Part shown: piece by piece, positions 37,366-48,213 of the stretch
How the letters are laid out: every line of letters begins with the position of its first letter
How positions within the stretch are numbered: position 1 is the first letter of the stretch
Assembly (NCBI GenBank): GCA_026023565.1
Contig: JAPETS010000037.1
Location: 1-64,000 of the forward strand
Reading direction: 5' to 3'
Source of the DNA: Cirrosporium novae-zelandiae
Lineage: Eukaryota
Length of the DNA stretch: 64,000 nucleotides
Notes under the pieces: model-generated
The model's database searches: none
The model's input: the letters and a program-made list of their open reading frames with translations, nothing else
What the model was told of the DNA's origin: nothing
Position numbers and translations under genes: made by a program

Positions 37366-37773
37366 ATGTCAGATCTATTAATTTCCCCTCCAGCACCTCT
37401 TCCTCTCCCTCCTCGCGGCGGTCCCGTCCAAACAGCTGTCTTCGGTCTCCACACTTGCGTGCAGTCCTCATGCAGCCAGGGCAGCTGCAACAAGACAGGG
37501 ATGACGCTTCAGTGCGTCGACGAGATGGACGCCGGCCGCGACATGGTGTACCAAGGAACATATATGGAGTGTGATGGCGACAAGCAGAGCAATTGGACAT
37601 ATTTCTCTTGCAAGTGTGTTATGGATAAGAGGATCTGCCATTCTGCTATCCCAACGCCCACTGCAACGAGTGGTGCTCCTCCTTCGATATACTATGGAAG
37701 GTCGATGGAGCCATTGGTGATGATTGGATTTGCCTTTTTCGTGATGAGAGTATTCAAGGTCTGGCTTTTTTAA
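37366..37773 (+). CDS. Small 8-Cys protein with Thr/Pro linker and hydrophobic C-terminal tail (GPI- or TM-like); 5' end uncertain
   Basis: 135-aa ORF with 8 Cys in about 60 aa, PTPTATSGA linker, PLVMIGFAFFVMRVFKVWLF tail. Confidence 0.55.
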   Translation: MSDLLISPPAPLPLPPRGGPVQTAVFGLHTCVQSSCSQGSCNKTGMTLQCVDEMDAGRDMVYQGTYMECDGDKQSNWTYFSCKCVMDKRICHSAIPTPTATSGAPPSIYYGRSMEPLVMIGFAFFVMRVFKVWLF

Positions 37774-38034
37774 GAGTCTTATGAGTATGTTATCTACATA
37801 TTACAACATTTTCTGATTTAGTATCAATATGATATATTCTTATGATAAATAGAAAAACAAAACAGGAATTGAAATCATATAATGTATAAACTTTTTAGTT
37901 CTAGGATGATTATATCCTAAAGCTTTCCACCTTATCCCTGGACCTTATAATCCGTCAATATTTATTCCATAACGCCGTTCATATTTCTTCGTTACAGCCC
38001 CGTCAACTCATAATTCGTCATAGAAGTGATCCGC

Positions 38035-40827
38035 TCAAGAATCGTAAAGGTCTAAGTCATTGTCCCCCGGTTCCTCAATCTCCGCAACTGCATCGTCCTC
38101 ATCAATCATCTCAGCATCTTCCAAATCACTATCTTCATGGTTTGCCAGGACCTCAACCCTTCCCTCATTCATCACAACTCTCGCAACCTCTCCTTCTTTG
38201 ATGCTTCCCCTCAGTATCAAGACAGCCAGCCTATTTAGGACTTCCTTCTCTATTAGCCGTGCCAGAGGTCGTGCTCCATAAGCAGGCGAATATCCAGCAG
38301 AGCCAAGATAATCTTTGACATCCTTGGTACAGTATATCTTGACATCGCGACCATTCGTACTCAACCGTTTCTGCACTTCGTCGAGACGGATATCCACAAT
38401 TTTGCGGATCTCGCGCCTTGTAAGCCGGTTGAAGATGACAATGCTATTAATACGGTTGAGGAATTCGGGAAGGAAGTAATTCCGAAGAGCATTCATGACC
38501 ATCTCTTTTGTTGTCGGATCAATGCGGCCGTCTGGTGCGTTCTGACGAGCAAGGTATTCGGCACCAAGGTTGGATGTCATGACGACAATGCAGTTCTTAG
38601 CATCCACGATCCTGCCTTGGCCGTCGGTGATACGACCATCATCCATAAGCTGGAGAAGAACCGTGAGAACCTCCTTGGCGGCCTTTTCGACTTCATCGAA
38701 AAGTAGAATGGAGAATGGACGACGCCGAAGCGCTTCGGTCAACTGCCCACCAGCATCATGGCCTACGTATCCTGGTGGAGCACCAATCATGCGGCTCAAC
38801 GAATGGCGTTCTTGGTACTCTGACATATCGAATCGGATCATAGCACGAGGATCGTCAAAGAGAAACTCGGCAAGAGCTTTAGTGAGCAAAGTCTTACCGG
38901 TACCAGATGGACCACAGAAGAGAAAGCTTGGTGGTTGATTTGGATTGCTGAGCCCAGACCGCTGCAACCTGATGGAGTTCGAGACAGACTGCACGGCTTC
39001 TTTCTGACCAACAACAATCTTACCCAGATGTCTTTCCATGTGGAGGAGTTTGTCTTTCTCGGTAGTTCTAAGTCTGGTGACTGGAATGCCTGTCCACCGT
39101 GCAACAATTTCATTGATTTGTTCGGGACCAACAGCATCCGATAGGAGTGCCTCTCCGCCCTCTTCGTTGCCCCCAGCGTATAGAGCCTGGTTGGCTGCTT
39201 CTTTCGCCCTCTCGAGCTCTTGAATCCGATTTTGGGTTTCAGGGATGGCATAATAGGTAAGATCTGATGCTGTGGCAAGATCTCTTGAACGCTCAGCTTC
39301 CTCCTTCTTTACCTTTAGCTGGTCTAGCTTTATCTTCAGCTCTTGGATATCTTGACTTCTCTTCTTCTCACTCTCCCATTTCTCCCGCAATGGCTTTAAC
39401 TCTTCTTCCACATTTGCAGCTTCTTGCTTGGCAGTCGCAAGACGCTCGCGGGATGCACCATCCTTTTCACGGTCAAGAGCGTGAATTTCAATTTGCAATT
39501 GTCTCAATCTCCGTTCCATATTATCTAAAGCCTCGGGTTGAGATTCACGAGCCACGCGGACAGCAGCGGCAGCTTCATCGATGAGATCGACCGCAGAGTC
39601 AGGAAGTCGTCGAGCTGTGAGATATCTTGCAGCAAGAGTTGCGGCCGCAACAATTGCGCCATCGAGAATAGTGACACCGTGGTGAACCTCGTATTTTTCC
39701 TTCAATCCTCGGAGAATGGAGATCGTTTCAGGAATAGTGGGTTCCTTCACAAGTACTTGCTGGAAACGACGCTCAAAGGCCTGATCCTTTTCGATGTATT
39801 TTCGGTACTCCCCGAGAGTGGTTGCACCAATGCAGTGAAGTTGTCCTCTTGCAAGCATTGGCTTGAGTAAGTTTGCAGCGTCCATGCCACCCTCTCCACT
39901 TGCTCCAGCGCCCATGAGCAAATGAATCTCATCAACGAAGAGCACAATCGTCTCCTTCGAGTCTTCAATTTCTTTCAAAACCCCCTTCATTCGCTCCTCA
40001 AACTCTCCACGATATTTGCTTCCAGCAACGAGAGAGCCAACATCGAGGGATAGCAACCTACAGGCTGCCAAGTTTGCTGGGACATCCGCATTGACGATTC
40101 TTGAAGCCAACCCTTCCACAACTGTGGTTTTACCGACACCTGGCTCACCAATGAGGACAGGGTTGTTCTTGGTTCGCCTCGATAGGATGCGAATGACTCT
40201 TCGGATTTCCTCTTCTCGACCGATGACTGGATCTATCTTACCCTCTCTTGCCATTGATGTCATATCAATCGTAAACTTCTTGAGGTTTTCATTTTCCGCC
40301 TCCGCATCTGCAGTTTTTGAGTCTACCCTTCTTGTACCTCGTATTTGTTGGATGGCTGAATCGATCAGCTTTGTATTTGGAATGTTGGCATCGGCAAGCG
40401 CTCTCTGTATAGTTGGATCCTGGGCGAGCGATGTAATTAGATGGTCAACTGCAACGTAGCTATCTTTCTGTGTCTTGGAGAGCTCGTTGGCAGCCCGAAG
40501 AACCTTTGAGAATGCTGGCGCTACTGATATATTCTCCGGTGGGGGATCTTGGCTTGGCAATCGGACTAAAGCCTTGTTTAACGCTCGACTGAAGAGTTGG
40601 GCGTCGCCATGTGCTCGCTCGACGACCTGTCTGAAGAGTGGTGATGAAGCAGAATCATGCGAAGCGTGCGTTTGTTGTTGCTGATCTTTGGATTCATCTG
40701 GAGGAGGTTCGAGCAAGGAGACTGCGAGGTGGACGGGGAGGATCTGAGCATGAGCATACTGTTCAGCCAGCGCAGCAGAATCTGCGATGGCTTTTTGGGC
40801 CCGATCTGTAAATTGCATTCCGTTCAT
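38035..40827 (-). CDS. HSP104: Heat shock protein 104 (ClpB-type AAA+ disaggregase), intronless
   Basis: Clp N domain, IDPVIGR, GEPGVGKT, LFVDEIH, middle coiled coil, GPSGTGKT, RMIGAPPGYVG, LLFDEVEKA, YGARPL, acidic tail. Confidence 0.97.
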   Translation of the reverse strand: MNGMQFTDRAQKAIADSAALAEQYAHAQILPVHLAVSLLEPPPDESKDQQQQTHASHDSASSPLFRQVVERAHGDAQLFSRALNKALVRLPSQDPPPENISVAPAFSKVLRAANELSKTQKDSYVAVDHLITSLAQDPTIQRALADANIPNTKLIDSAIQQIRGTRRVDSKTADAEAENENLKKFTIDMTSMAREGKIDPVIGREEEIRRVIRILSRRTKNNPVLIGEPGVGKTTVVEGLASRIVNADVPANLAACRLLSLDVGSLVAGSKYRGEFEERMKGVLKEIEDSKETIVLFVDEIHLLMGAGASGEGGMDAANLLKPMLARGQLHCIGATTLGEYRKYIEKDQAFERRFQQVLVKEPTIPETISILRGLKEKYEVHHGVTILDGAIVAAATLAARYLTARRLPDSAVDLIDEAAAAVRVARESQPEALDNMERRLRQLQIEIHALDREKDGASRERLATAKQEAANVEEELKPLREKWESEKKRSQDIQELKIKLDQLKVKKEEAERSRDLATASDLTYYAIPETQNRIQELERAKEAANQALYAGGNEEGGEALLSDAVGPEQINEIVARWTGIPVTRLRTTEKDKLLHMERHLGKIVVGQKEAVQSVSNSIRLQRSGLSNPNQPPSFLFCGPSGTGKTLLTKALAEFLFDDPRAMIRFDMSEYQERHSLSRMIGAPPGYVGHDAGGQLTEALRRRPFSILLFDEVEKAAKEVLTVLLQLMDDGRITDGQGRIVDAKNCIVVMTSNLGAEYLARQNAPDGRIDPTTKEMVMNALRNYFLPEFLNRINSIVIFNRLTRREIRKIVDIRLDEVQKRLSTNGRDVKIYCTKDVKDYLGSAGYSPAYGARPLARLIEKEVLNRLAVLILRGSIKEGEVARVVMNEGRVEVLANHEDSDLEDAEMIDEDDAVAEIEEPGDNDLDLYDS

Positions 40828-40980
40828 GATGACGTTTTGTAATGGTTAAGAAAAGCAAATGTTAATGTACTGTACAAAGGCTTCTGCAAGCCAGGGTATC
40901 TGAATTGAAATAGAGTATATATGTTTGTTGTGTGTACTTAAGTCTGAAGTAGGAAGAGTAGGAAATTTGATCGAGGTCAC

Positions 40981-41052
40981 TTATATACATGAATGCCCAA
41001 GTCCTATCAGGTTTTCTAGACGGCTCACCTTGGGCCGCGAATGTTCCGGAAG
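40981..41052 (-). promoter_or_regulatory. HSP104 promoter: perfect heat-shock element (41038-41052) and TATA box (40981-40987)
   Basis: cGAAtgTTCcgGAAg matches nGAAnnTTCnnGAAn; TATATAA on minus strand; extra TTCtaGAc at ~41014. Confidence 0.85.
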
Positions 41053-41553
41053 GTACTAACGTCATTTTAAAGCCCAAACCATCTGATTCGGGCGCACGTG
41101 TGGCGGCGGTACGCGCTTATTAACCTTATCAGCTTCACTCTCCCACTACCCCTCCACCAACTTGCAGGTTGACGTGCCGGAGTTCACCTAACAACAAATC
41201 ATAATAAATATTTTATTCAACAAAAACCACCCAACTTGAATTTCAGAACGCCCCTCAGGTTTCCATCGCCCAGATACTGTGGTGCTAAGCAGATGGCTAA
41301 TGATGAATTATATCTACAGGGATAATTCATAGCATAACGCGCTTATTATTACATAATACAGCGCGTGATGTTGAGCATAAGATTGATCCATGATCACCGA
41401 CCACTCCAATTCGTTCTGTTTAATACACAGTACAGACCAACTAATTAATTACATTGCATAAGCTGACATGTAGATACGAAAAATCAAGCGTCCATCCAAC
41501 TCTCTTCTTGAAGCCCTTTCTTTTTGAATAATGAGTTGTCCATAGCATTCCCC

Positions 41554-42361
41554 TCAAATAACACCGGGCATTCCCCTCTTGACTCCTGGCTCTCCCAAAC
41601 CCGGCACGATCAATGGCGCCCTCGATTCCGTCGACGTCCTAAAGATGGGGAAGAATTTCGCAACCTTACTCTTCGGCCCATATGCCTCCTCGACCAGATA
41701 AACCGTGACCCTCCACCATGCCAACGCGGCCGAGATAATCCAGAAATATGCAGCGGCTTTGACACCTGCACGGATACTGTCGGCTCCAGAGGCATACAAG
41801 CAGCAGGCAATGGTTGTGCCTATAGCAAGACTGAAAAGAAGTAAGGCAAGGACAAGATCACGGGCTGTAGCAGCAATGGCACAGGACCAGGTGGTCATGG
41901 CGAGAACAACCATCCAGGATGCAAGCTCTGGGAAGTGTTGGTAGATGTTGTGTGCCGGGAGAGCACCGGTTGCCTATAATATGCGTTGGACTGCACATTT
42001 CTTCGTACGAGCTGGAAATTATACCCACCACCAATAAATACACCAATCCAACGCTCATCCAAAAGCTTCCCCACATTGTATTAAGAACCGTCACCAGCAC
42101 ATCTCTTGCTTTGAACCCCTGCAGGCCCGCAATAAACTGTGCTAGCCCTCCCCAGAACGCTACAAACGGAAAGAAGATAGTAGGGGAATCAGGATTGCCC
42201 CACCACCTCGCAATCCAGGTTGCTGTGATCCATGTAGAGCCGGCGAAACCAGCCAAGCCGAGGGCACCCGGAGGAGCTATGGGCTGGAGGAAGATAGTGA
42301 CGTTGGGCTCACGCTCGATTATTTTGGCGAGCTTTTCGTCCTCTTTTTGGGAGAGAGACAT
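41554..42361 (-). CDS. Gpr1/Fun34/YaaH (ATO/SatP) family acetate/ammonia transporter; intron 42028-41974
   Basis: IAPPGALGLAGF (variant of NPAPLGL), FWGGLAQFIAG, WGSFWMS, six hydrophobic segments. Confidence 0.85.
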
Positions 42362-44131
42362 GACGTTTCGATGGTATGATACAGTAAGGTGGGTCACTGA
42401 GAAAACAGAGCCACTTGGACCGAAATGTTCAATCAAGGATATATATATACTTAAGGCGAGCACGGCTATCACCCAACAAGAAAATACAAAGGATCCATAA
42501 GGACCAGGATATGAAACCTCTTAAACACTCTTCTCATCCTCCTCACCGACCCCACAATCTAATCACCCCACAGGGTATCCAACCCTCCCAAGTCATGAAA
42601 TCATCTCGAGGTCAGCAGGACAAGCTCAATAATCACCTCGATCCTTATAAAAAATACCTAACACGACTAATAAGCAAAGAACGTTGGATGTCATTGGAAT
42701 CCTAATCCAACAAGATGTCGGGATGAGCTCATGGTTCCCTTGGCTAAGAAGGTAGATCCAACGAAAAGAACAGATACCACGAAATTGTCTTCCGTAGTCC
42801 CAAACATAATTGTCTATGAGAACCCCATGAGGAATCTCCAGAACATGGTCGATGGGGAAATGAAACACAGAGACCAGCAGAAAAATACGTGAAAGGATGG
42901 ATGCAGTTGCCGATAAATGGGATTTTGGAGGAATGGTGGTGTCGATCCTCTGGCTTCTCCGCTCCATCCCACACCAGAAAATAAACACAGAATATACAAT
43001 AATACACTATGTTTTTCACGTGTGATTACGCAGCAGAGACGGTTGATGAATAATTAGACTCGAAGAAAAAGAGTTTCTAGGCTAGGGAAAATTCAGGAAG
43101 CGCAGGAAAGCAATGCCGCTGCTTGAAACCTTTTATCTCTTATACATTTCGCTACCAAGAAAGTGGAGGATAGTTGCGGTGTCCACAACCTAACTCGCAG
43201 GATAAACAAATCTACAGGTTGTGTACTCGAGTACTACGCATGAATTGGAACCCATTGACTTCCCTCGATCGTTCTAGAGCGGTGAAACCCCCCACGTGCC
43301 CCCCTCTTCTCCAGACATCCATCTTAGTCAAAGCTAATGAATTGCCGACAACACCACGTTCCCGTCCCGGCACTATTCTAAGTTCATCGCATTTGCCTTC
43401 CTCCCTTCGGCACCCCATTCCACTCAGCTGACTTCGTATTGCTTGCGGATTACAGCAACCAACATGAAATAGACTACCAAAGCAGCTCGCATTAGCCCCT
43501 TTAGCTATTCAGATGGAGAGTTCGAAAGTACCCCCGCCATAATACCAAGTAGGTTTTTGCTCCATTGCTGTTCTCGGTTAGTTTCAACGAAGGCCCGCCT
43601 TCTGCACCGGTAAGATGGGGACCCCGAATAACCGTGTCCAACCGAGCTCGGAATCCGAAATTCGTATCTGGAGGCACCCTTCACCTTTTTGCCGAATTCG
43701 GTGAAATTCAACTTCGGAAAGTATATTTGAACCGGGATCCAAAACTCAAAAAAAAAACGCCCCAGATACGCAAATACGAAATACGCAATCTCGGTTTAGA
43801 ATGGGCCCTAAATGCTTTTATGGAGGTAGGGTAGGTGGGGAGTTGTGATGTTCTGACTAAAGGGTAGGGAGGCGGAGATGGGACCGCTGTGCTGGTGCTG
43901 GTGCTGGTGAATTCGATGCTGATGTTTCTGCTGCCCGAGGGAGGAGGAAGAAGAGGAAGAGGAAAAAGAGGAGGGGAGTGGTCAAACTAAACGAGATCGG
44001 ATATCTACCAAGTAGTAGTAGTGTGCATGGTTATCACCGCTGATTAGATATAATACCGCTAGGGGATAGATATTATTTATCTAGAGGAGTAGTAGTGTGT
44101 TTGGAAAGAAAGTGCACAATTACTGTTGGTT

Positions 44132-44285
44132 GGCCTGATATCTAACCATCCATCATAGATAGATATCACTTAAAAAAACAATCAATCTCAGGATCTCCGG
44201 CCTGATATCTAATCATCCATTATAGATAAATAGACGACTTATAGATACTTGGAGATGTCACTTAAAAAACAATCAATCTCAGGAT
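44132..44285. repeat. Imperfect tandem direct duplication (~63 bp and ~88 bp units)
   Basis: GGCCTGATATCTAA..CATCCAT..TAGATA....TCACTTAAAAAA(A)CAATCAATCTCAGGAT occurs twice; second copy has a ~25-bp insertion. Confidence 0.85.
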
Positions 44286-44316
44286 GCATATCTACAACAA
44301 GTAACAGAAGATCTTT

Positions 44317-44342
44317 TTCTCTCTCTCTCTCTCTCTCTCTCT
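44317..44342. repeat. (TC)n microsatellite
   Basis: tctctctctc array. Confidence 0.9.
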
Positions 44343-45475
44343 AGACTAATAAAAAACTTCGATATTTACCCATCCTATCCTATCCTATTACTATTAGTTA
44401 TAGATATCCAACATTCCCATACCTAGGTACACACAAATCTCCCCCTTACTAACTTGCCCTAGTAGAGCGAGTCAATCAAATCCCCATCACAAATAAATTA
44501 ATCTAATCTATACCCTAATAACAATTTATTTTTATTTTTATTTTTATTTTTATGCAGAAGAGAAAAAACAAGGGGGAGAGGAGAAGAGAAGAGGAAGAAG
44601 AATACAGATACTAGGACCTAAGACTCAAGAGAGAGAGAGGTTTTTTTGTTGTTGGGGGTGAGGGTTTTTGGGTTTGTGTTTGCGGTACTTGGTAGGTAGG
44701 GATGTATGTATGTAGGATGGAAGGTGAGTTACTATATTTTCCCTTGCGATTGGGGAGAGAGGGGAGGTTAGGAAAATATCTTGAGCAGAGAAGGTGTCTA
44801 GGGAAGATGAGTGATGGATATTCATGACGTTCGGAGGGGAGAGGAGGGGAGTGAGTTCTGATATATGTTTTGAGGATCTTGTAAGGGCTTGTATAGTACC
44901 CACACCAAAATGCTTCCACAAATATTCGCAACGCATGTAATTTTTTTTTTTTTTTTTTTTTTTGGGATTAAGTACATTTTTAGGGGTCGGGTATGTTAAA
45001 GCACGCACGCACAAAAACGAAAATAACCTGTCATGTACTTAACCAACCGCATATTGAATGGGCCCACTCATTCACTATTCCTTGACTTGACTTACCCAGG
45101 GGGGTTAGGTACAGATGGATGACCGACCTTTAAAGCTTTTTGGTGCGTGTGGTGTACACATAGTGTTAGTGGATGGAGTACATTTTGTGAACAAAGGTGA
45201 AAAGAAGCGCGCAAAAGAGTGAAGAAAAAAGAAAGAAACGAACTCAAAAAGATGCCCGTCGCATAACTGGATCCTGAATCAAACCAACAAGTTATTCGGC
45301 GGCGTATTTCCAGGCGTGGAATAGCATAGCCAAGCTATTCTGATATCCTGAAGGACATGAATTCGGTACCCCAAGTGAAATACACGGTAATGAAAATATG
45401 GACTTCACAAGTACACCCGAATGCCTCTCTCAATGATATGGATCGTTGTTGTTTTTGGGTTCTGTCTTCAGTTGA

Positions 45476-47069
45476 TCAAACACCACTTTGGCGATATTGG
45501 GATGCGTTTTTGACGGGAGGGGCGTCCCAGATTGGGGCAACCAGGAAAAAGATTGTGATTGTGAATGAGAAAGAGCAAGCGATGAGGAAGCTCCTGAAGA
45601 TTTTGATATAGTGGAGGCGACGCATTTCCGCATCTTCCAATCTCAATTTTTTGTCAAAGATAAGCACCTTCCTGAACCAGCATCGCGTGTTATGGTCTCT
45701 TGGCCTCCAAGCGTCGTTGGGGTTTTCATATAGATATTCCCATGGAAGTACTTGGCGGTTTGGGAGCATCAATAGGAGATAGGTGTGTCCTGATAGTCCC
45801 AAGGCCAGAGAGAAAACCCCAAGAAAGAGAAAAGGCAAGGGGGAGAAACCCATCCAACGACCGAAATGTTGATGGCATGAAGATAGAAGTCCCATCAAAA
45901 CGATACCGCCAAATATCAGACTTATCCCCGCGACAGTTGCAAGGCAGATATAATCGGTCGACCCATGTTGCATTGCGAGCTTGATGAAATGTGGGTGATA
46001 CACCTTGAGTAGTCTTGTGTAGGAGTGCTCCTTGATGGCCTCTAGATTACTGGGGCAAGAAGATTTGGTAATGTCTTCGAGGGCTTGCTCTCGCATTGAG
46101 TCGGGAATATTGAGCTTTCGCGAGGCTCCTGACCTCAGAAAGGCATCAGCGGTGCGGTCAAGTTCCTTAAGATGATGTTTATCTTTCAATTGTAAATTTT
46201 TGGGGGCTATGAAAGCAGTGGTTGAGTTTTCGTCATTAGAATCTCCGGCAGCTCGTACTATTTTCCCAGCTCTTATTGCACAAACTGCACAATCTTTATG
46301 TGCATGGTTGTGAACAGCCCTTTTTATGAATTTGTCGAAGTCTGTCTCTGACTTTGTCTTCTTCTTCCTAAGGGCAGCTGGTAAGTCGTTCGCTACAGGA
46401 CCAATTGACAATTTATCTATTTTAAGAATATCAGTAGTTGTTTGAAATATCAGGGCAATCACAACATACACCATGTAGAACCAAGAGTAGACTTTTCACC
46501 CCTGCTGCGCACTGGAGGAAATGGCCAATCTTTATTTTTTTTCAATTTGACATCTCTAGTCCACTCTCTGCTCATGTCGTATACCATACCGGAGTACAGG
46601 GTTTGAGGGATCTCTACATGGCTAGGACTATGACTCCATGTGTTGTATGCACTATATGGCAGGTTGTTAGCCTTGAGCCAGCGCCTTTCATAGTCCTTAT
46701 ACCTAAAGTGAAGGCGTAGTTAGCATCTATAAACTATGATATATAAGATATAAGCAGCTTACCACATCCAAAATTCGAGGTCCTGAGGTGCTTCGGCGAT
46801 AAACTTTAGGTACATGTAGAAGTCATAGAGGGAAATTGGACTACCTGTATTAATAGCTGAATTAGTGATACCACTTTGAATGGTTAGTGAGGTGAGCTGG
46901 AGAACATACAGGTTTGGCCCGAAAGAATACGATCAAGATGAAGTCTGGGTGGAATTTGGTCTGAATCTTCTGTCACTGGTAGCGTAGAGTTGGCTTTATT
47001 GCCCGTTGCGAAGCGGAGAAGCTTTGACGGGAGCTCCCAAAGAAACAAGACGATCATGAGGAGTTCCAT
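45476..47069 (-). CDS. RGS-domain protein with C-terminal transmembrane helices (Rax1-like); exons 47069-46910, 46844-46762, 46702-46470, 46416-45476
   Basis: PPRLHLDRILSGQTCSPISLYDFYMYLKFIAEAPQDLEFWMWYKDY after splicing; FLRSGASRKLNI; three hydrophobic segments; RQVLPWE motif. Confidence 0.78.
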
Positions 47070-48213
47070 TGTTGTTAGCGAATGAAGTTGCAATCCATTA
47101 ACGGAAGCAGAGTTCAATGGAGATGTTACAAGACGGGTGCCAGTCTAGAAGGACGGGTCGCCGTGAAATAAGCCGCGCGTTGAGTTGGATTAGATGTGGG
47201 GGAAGAAAGAGGTGTGGTGTTGAAAAGAAAACATTTCGTGACGGAGAACCAAGCTCGAAGATTAAGCCCACAGGGTGTAGAGAAACAAGATGCTGATTTA
47301 TGATTCTACCAATCTTCTACCCATACAGATGCAAAGGTATCGGCTCACCCGATTTAGAGGCCTTCTACTACCATAAAGCAGAAAGCAATCAAATCAAGAA
47401 GTACAGGTTATTTTCGAACCACTGTTCGACTGGGACCCTCCCAAAAGTAAAGGAAAATATTGAAAGGACATTGTGTCAATCTCGCCTGACCTACTAAATT
47501 GCCTTGGAGAGTGAGAGGAGAGTGAGTATGGGCACCAACGGAACCTAACATGGGCAGCAAGGTCTTTTAAGGATCGCATTACAATCATGACATTAACCCC
47601 AAGAAGAGGATTAACGCTTAGGTAGCAAGTCCAAAGTATCTAAGGTACTCAGAAAGGATATAATTATCAAAACTTGAGATTGTAGCTATGATGTTAAGCA
47701 ACGAAGACTAACGCAATTTGGCATAGCTACTGAGATGATTTGTGGAGCATTGTCTGTGGCGGTGCACATATTTAGGGTTTCTGAACTGTGGTTCGTTGCA
47801 GATACGCGTCACTGTCTCTTTCACATTCTCTTTCTCGCTTCAAGCGCGCGCTAAGGAGAACTAAACCAATTAACCAAATGTTTATTTTGACAACGTCAAA
47901 TTCTGGCTATCAAAGTACTTTCTAATGTGAATACTTCCCTTCAATTGAGTTAGGAATGTTCATTTACGCTCATAATATTTTTTATTTGATAGTACAGTAC
48001 AACTGAAGAGCATCTCCTGTAGGGTTTTTTTTTATTAATCAACTGATGCAAATGTGGATATTCAATATGACGTTAAAGAATCCAAGTGATACTTTTCTCC
48101 TCCTATCGTAATCGTCCGATACCAATATACATTTTCCCATCAACGCAGCCCTACAAATATTAGCTGCTGAAACTATCAACATACACGGCATATTCACATC
48201 TGTCTCAATCTCC

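Noticed and set aside
402..40827. Functional cluster of the HSA32-like gene with HSP104, by analogy to plant HSA32-HSP101
   Set aside because: About 36 kb and a dozen unrelated genes apart, and the predicted compartments differ; probably coincidental.
26702..42500. Long antisense ORFs (e.g. 26702-27253, 31902-32543, 40016-40459, 41919-42500)
   Set aside because: Shadow ORFs opposite well-supported genes, explained by codon bias.
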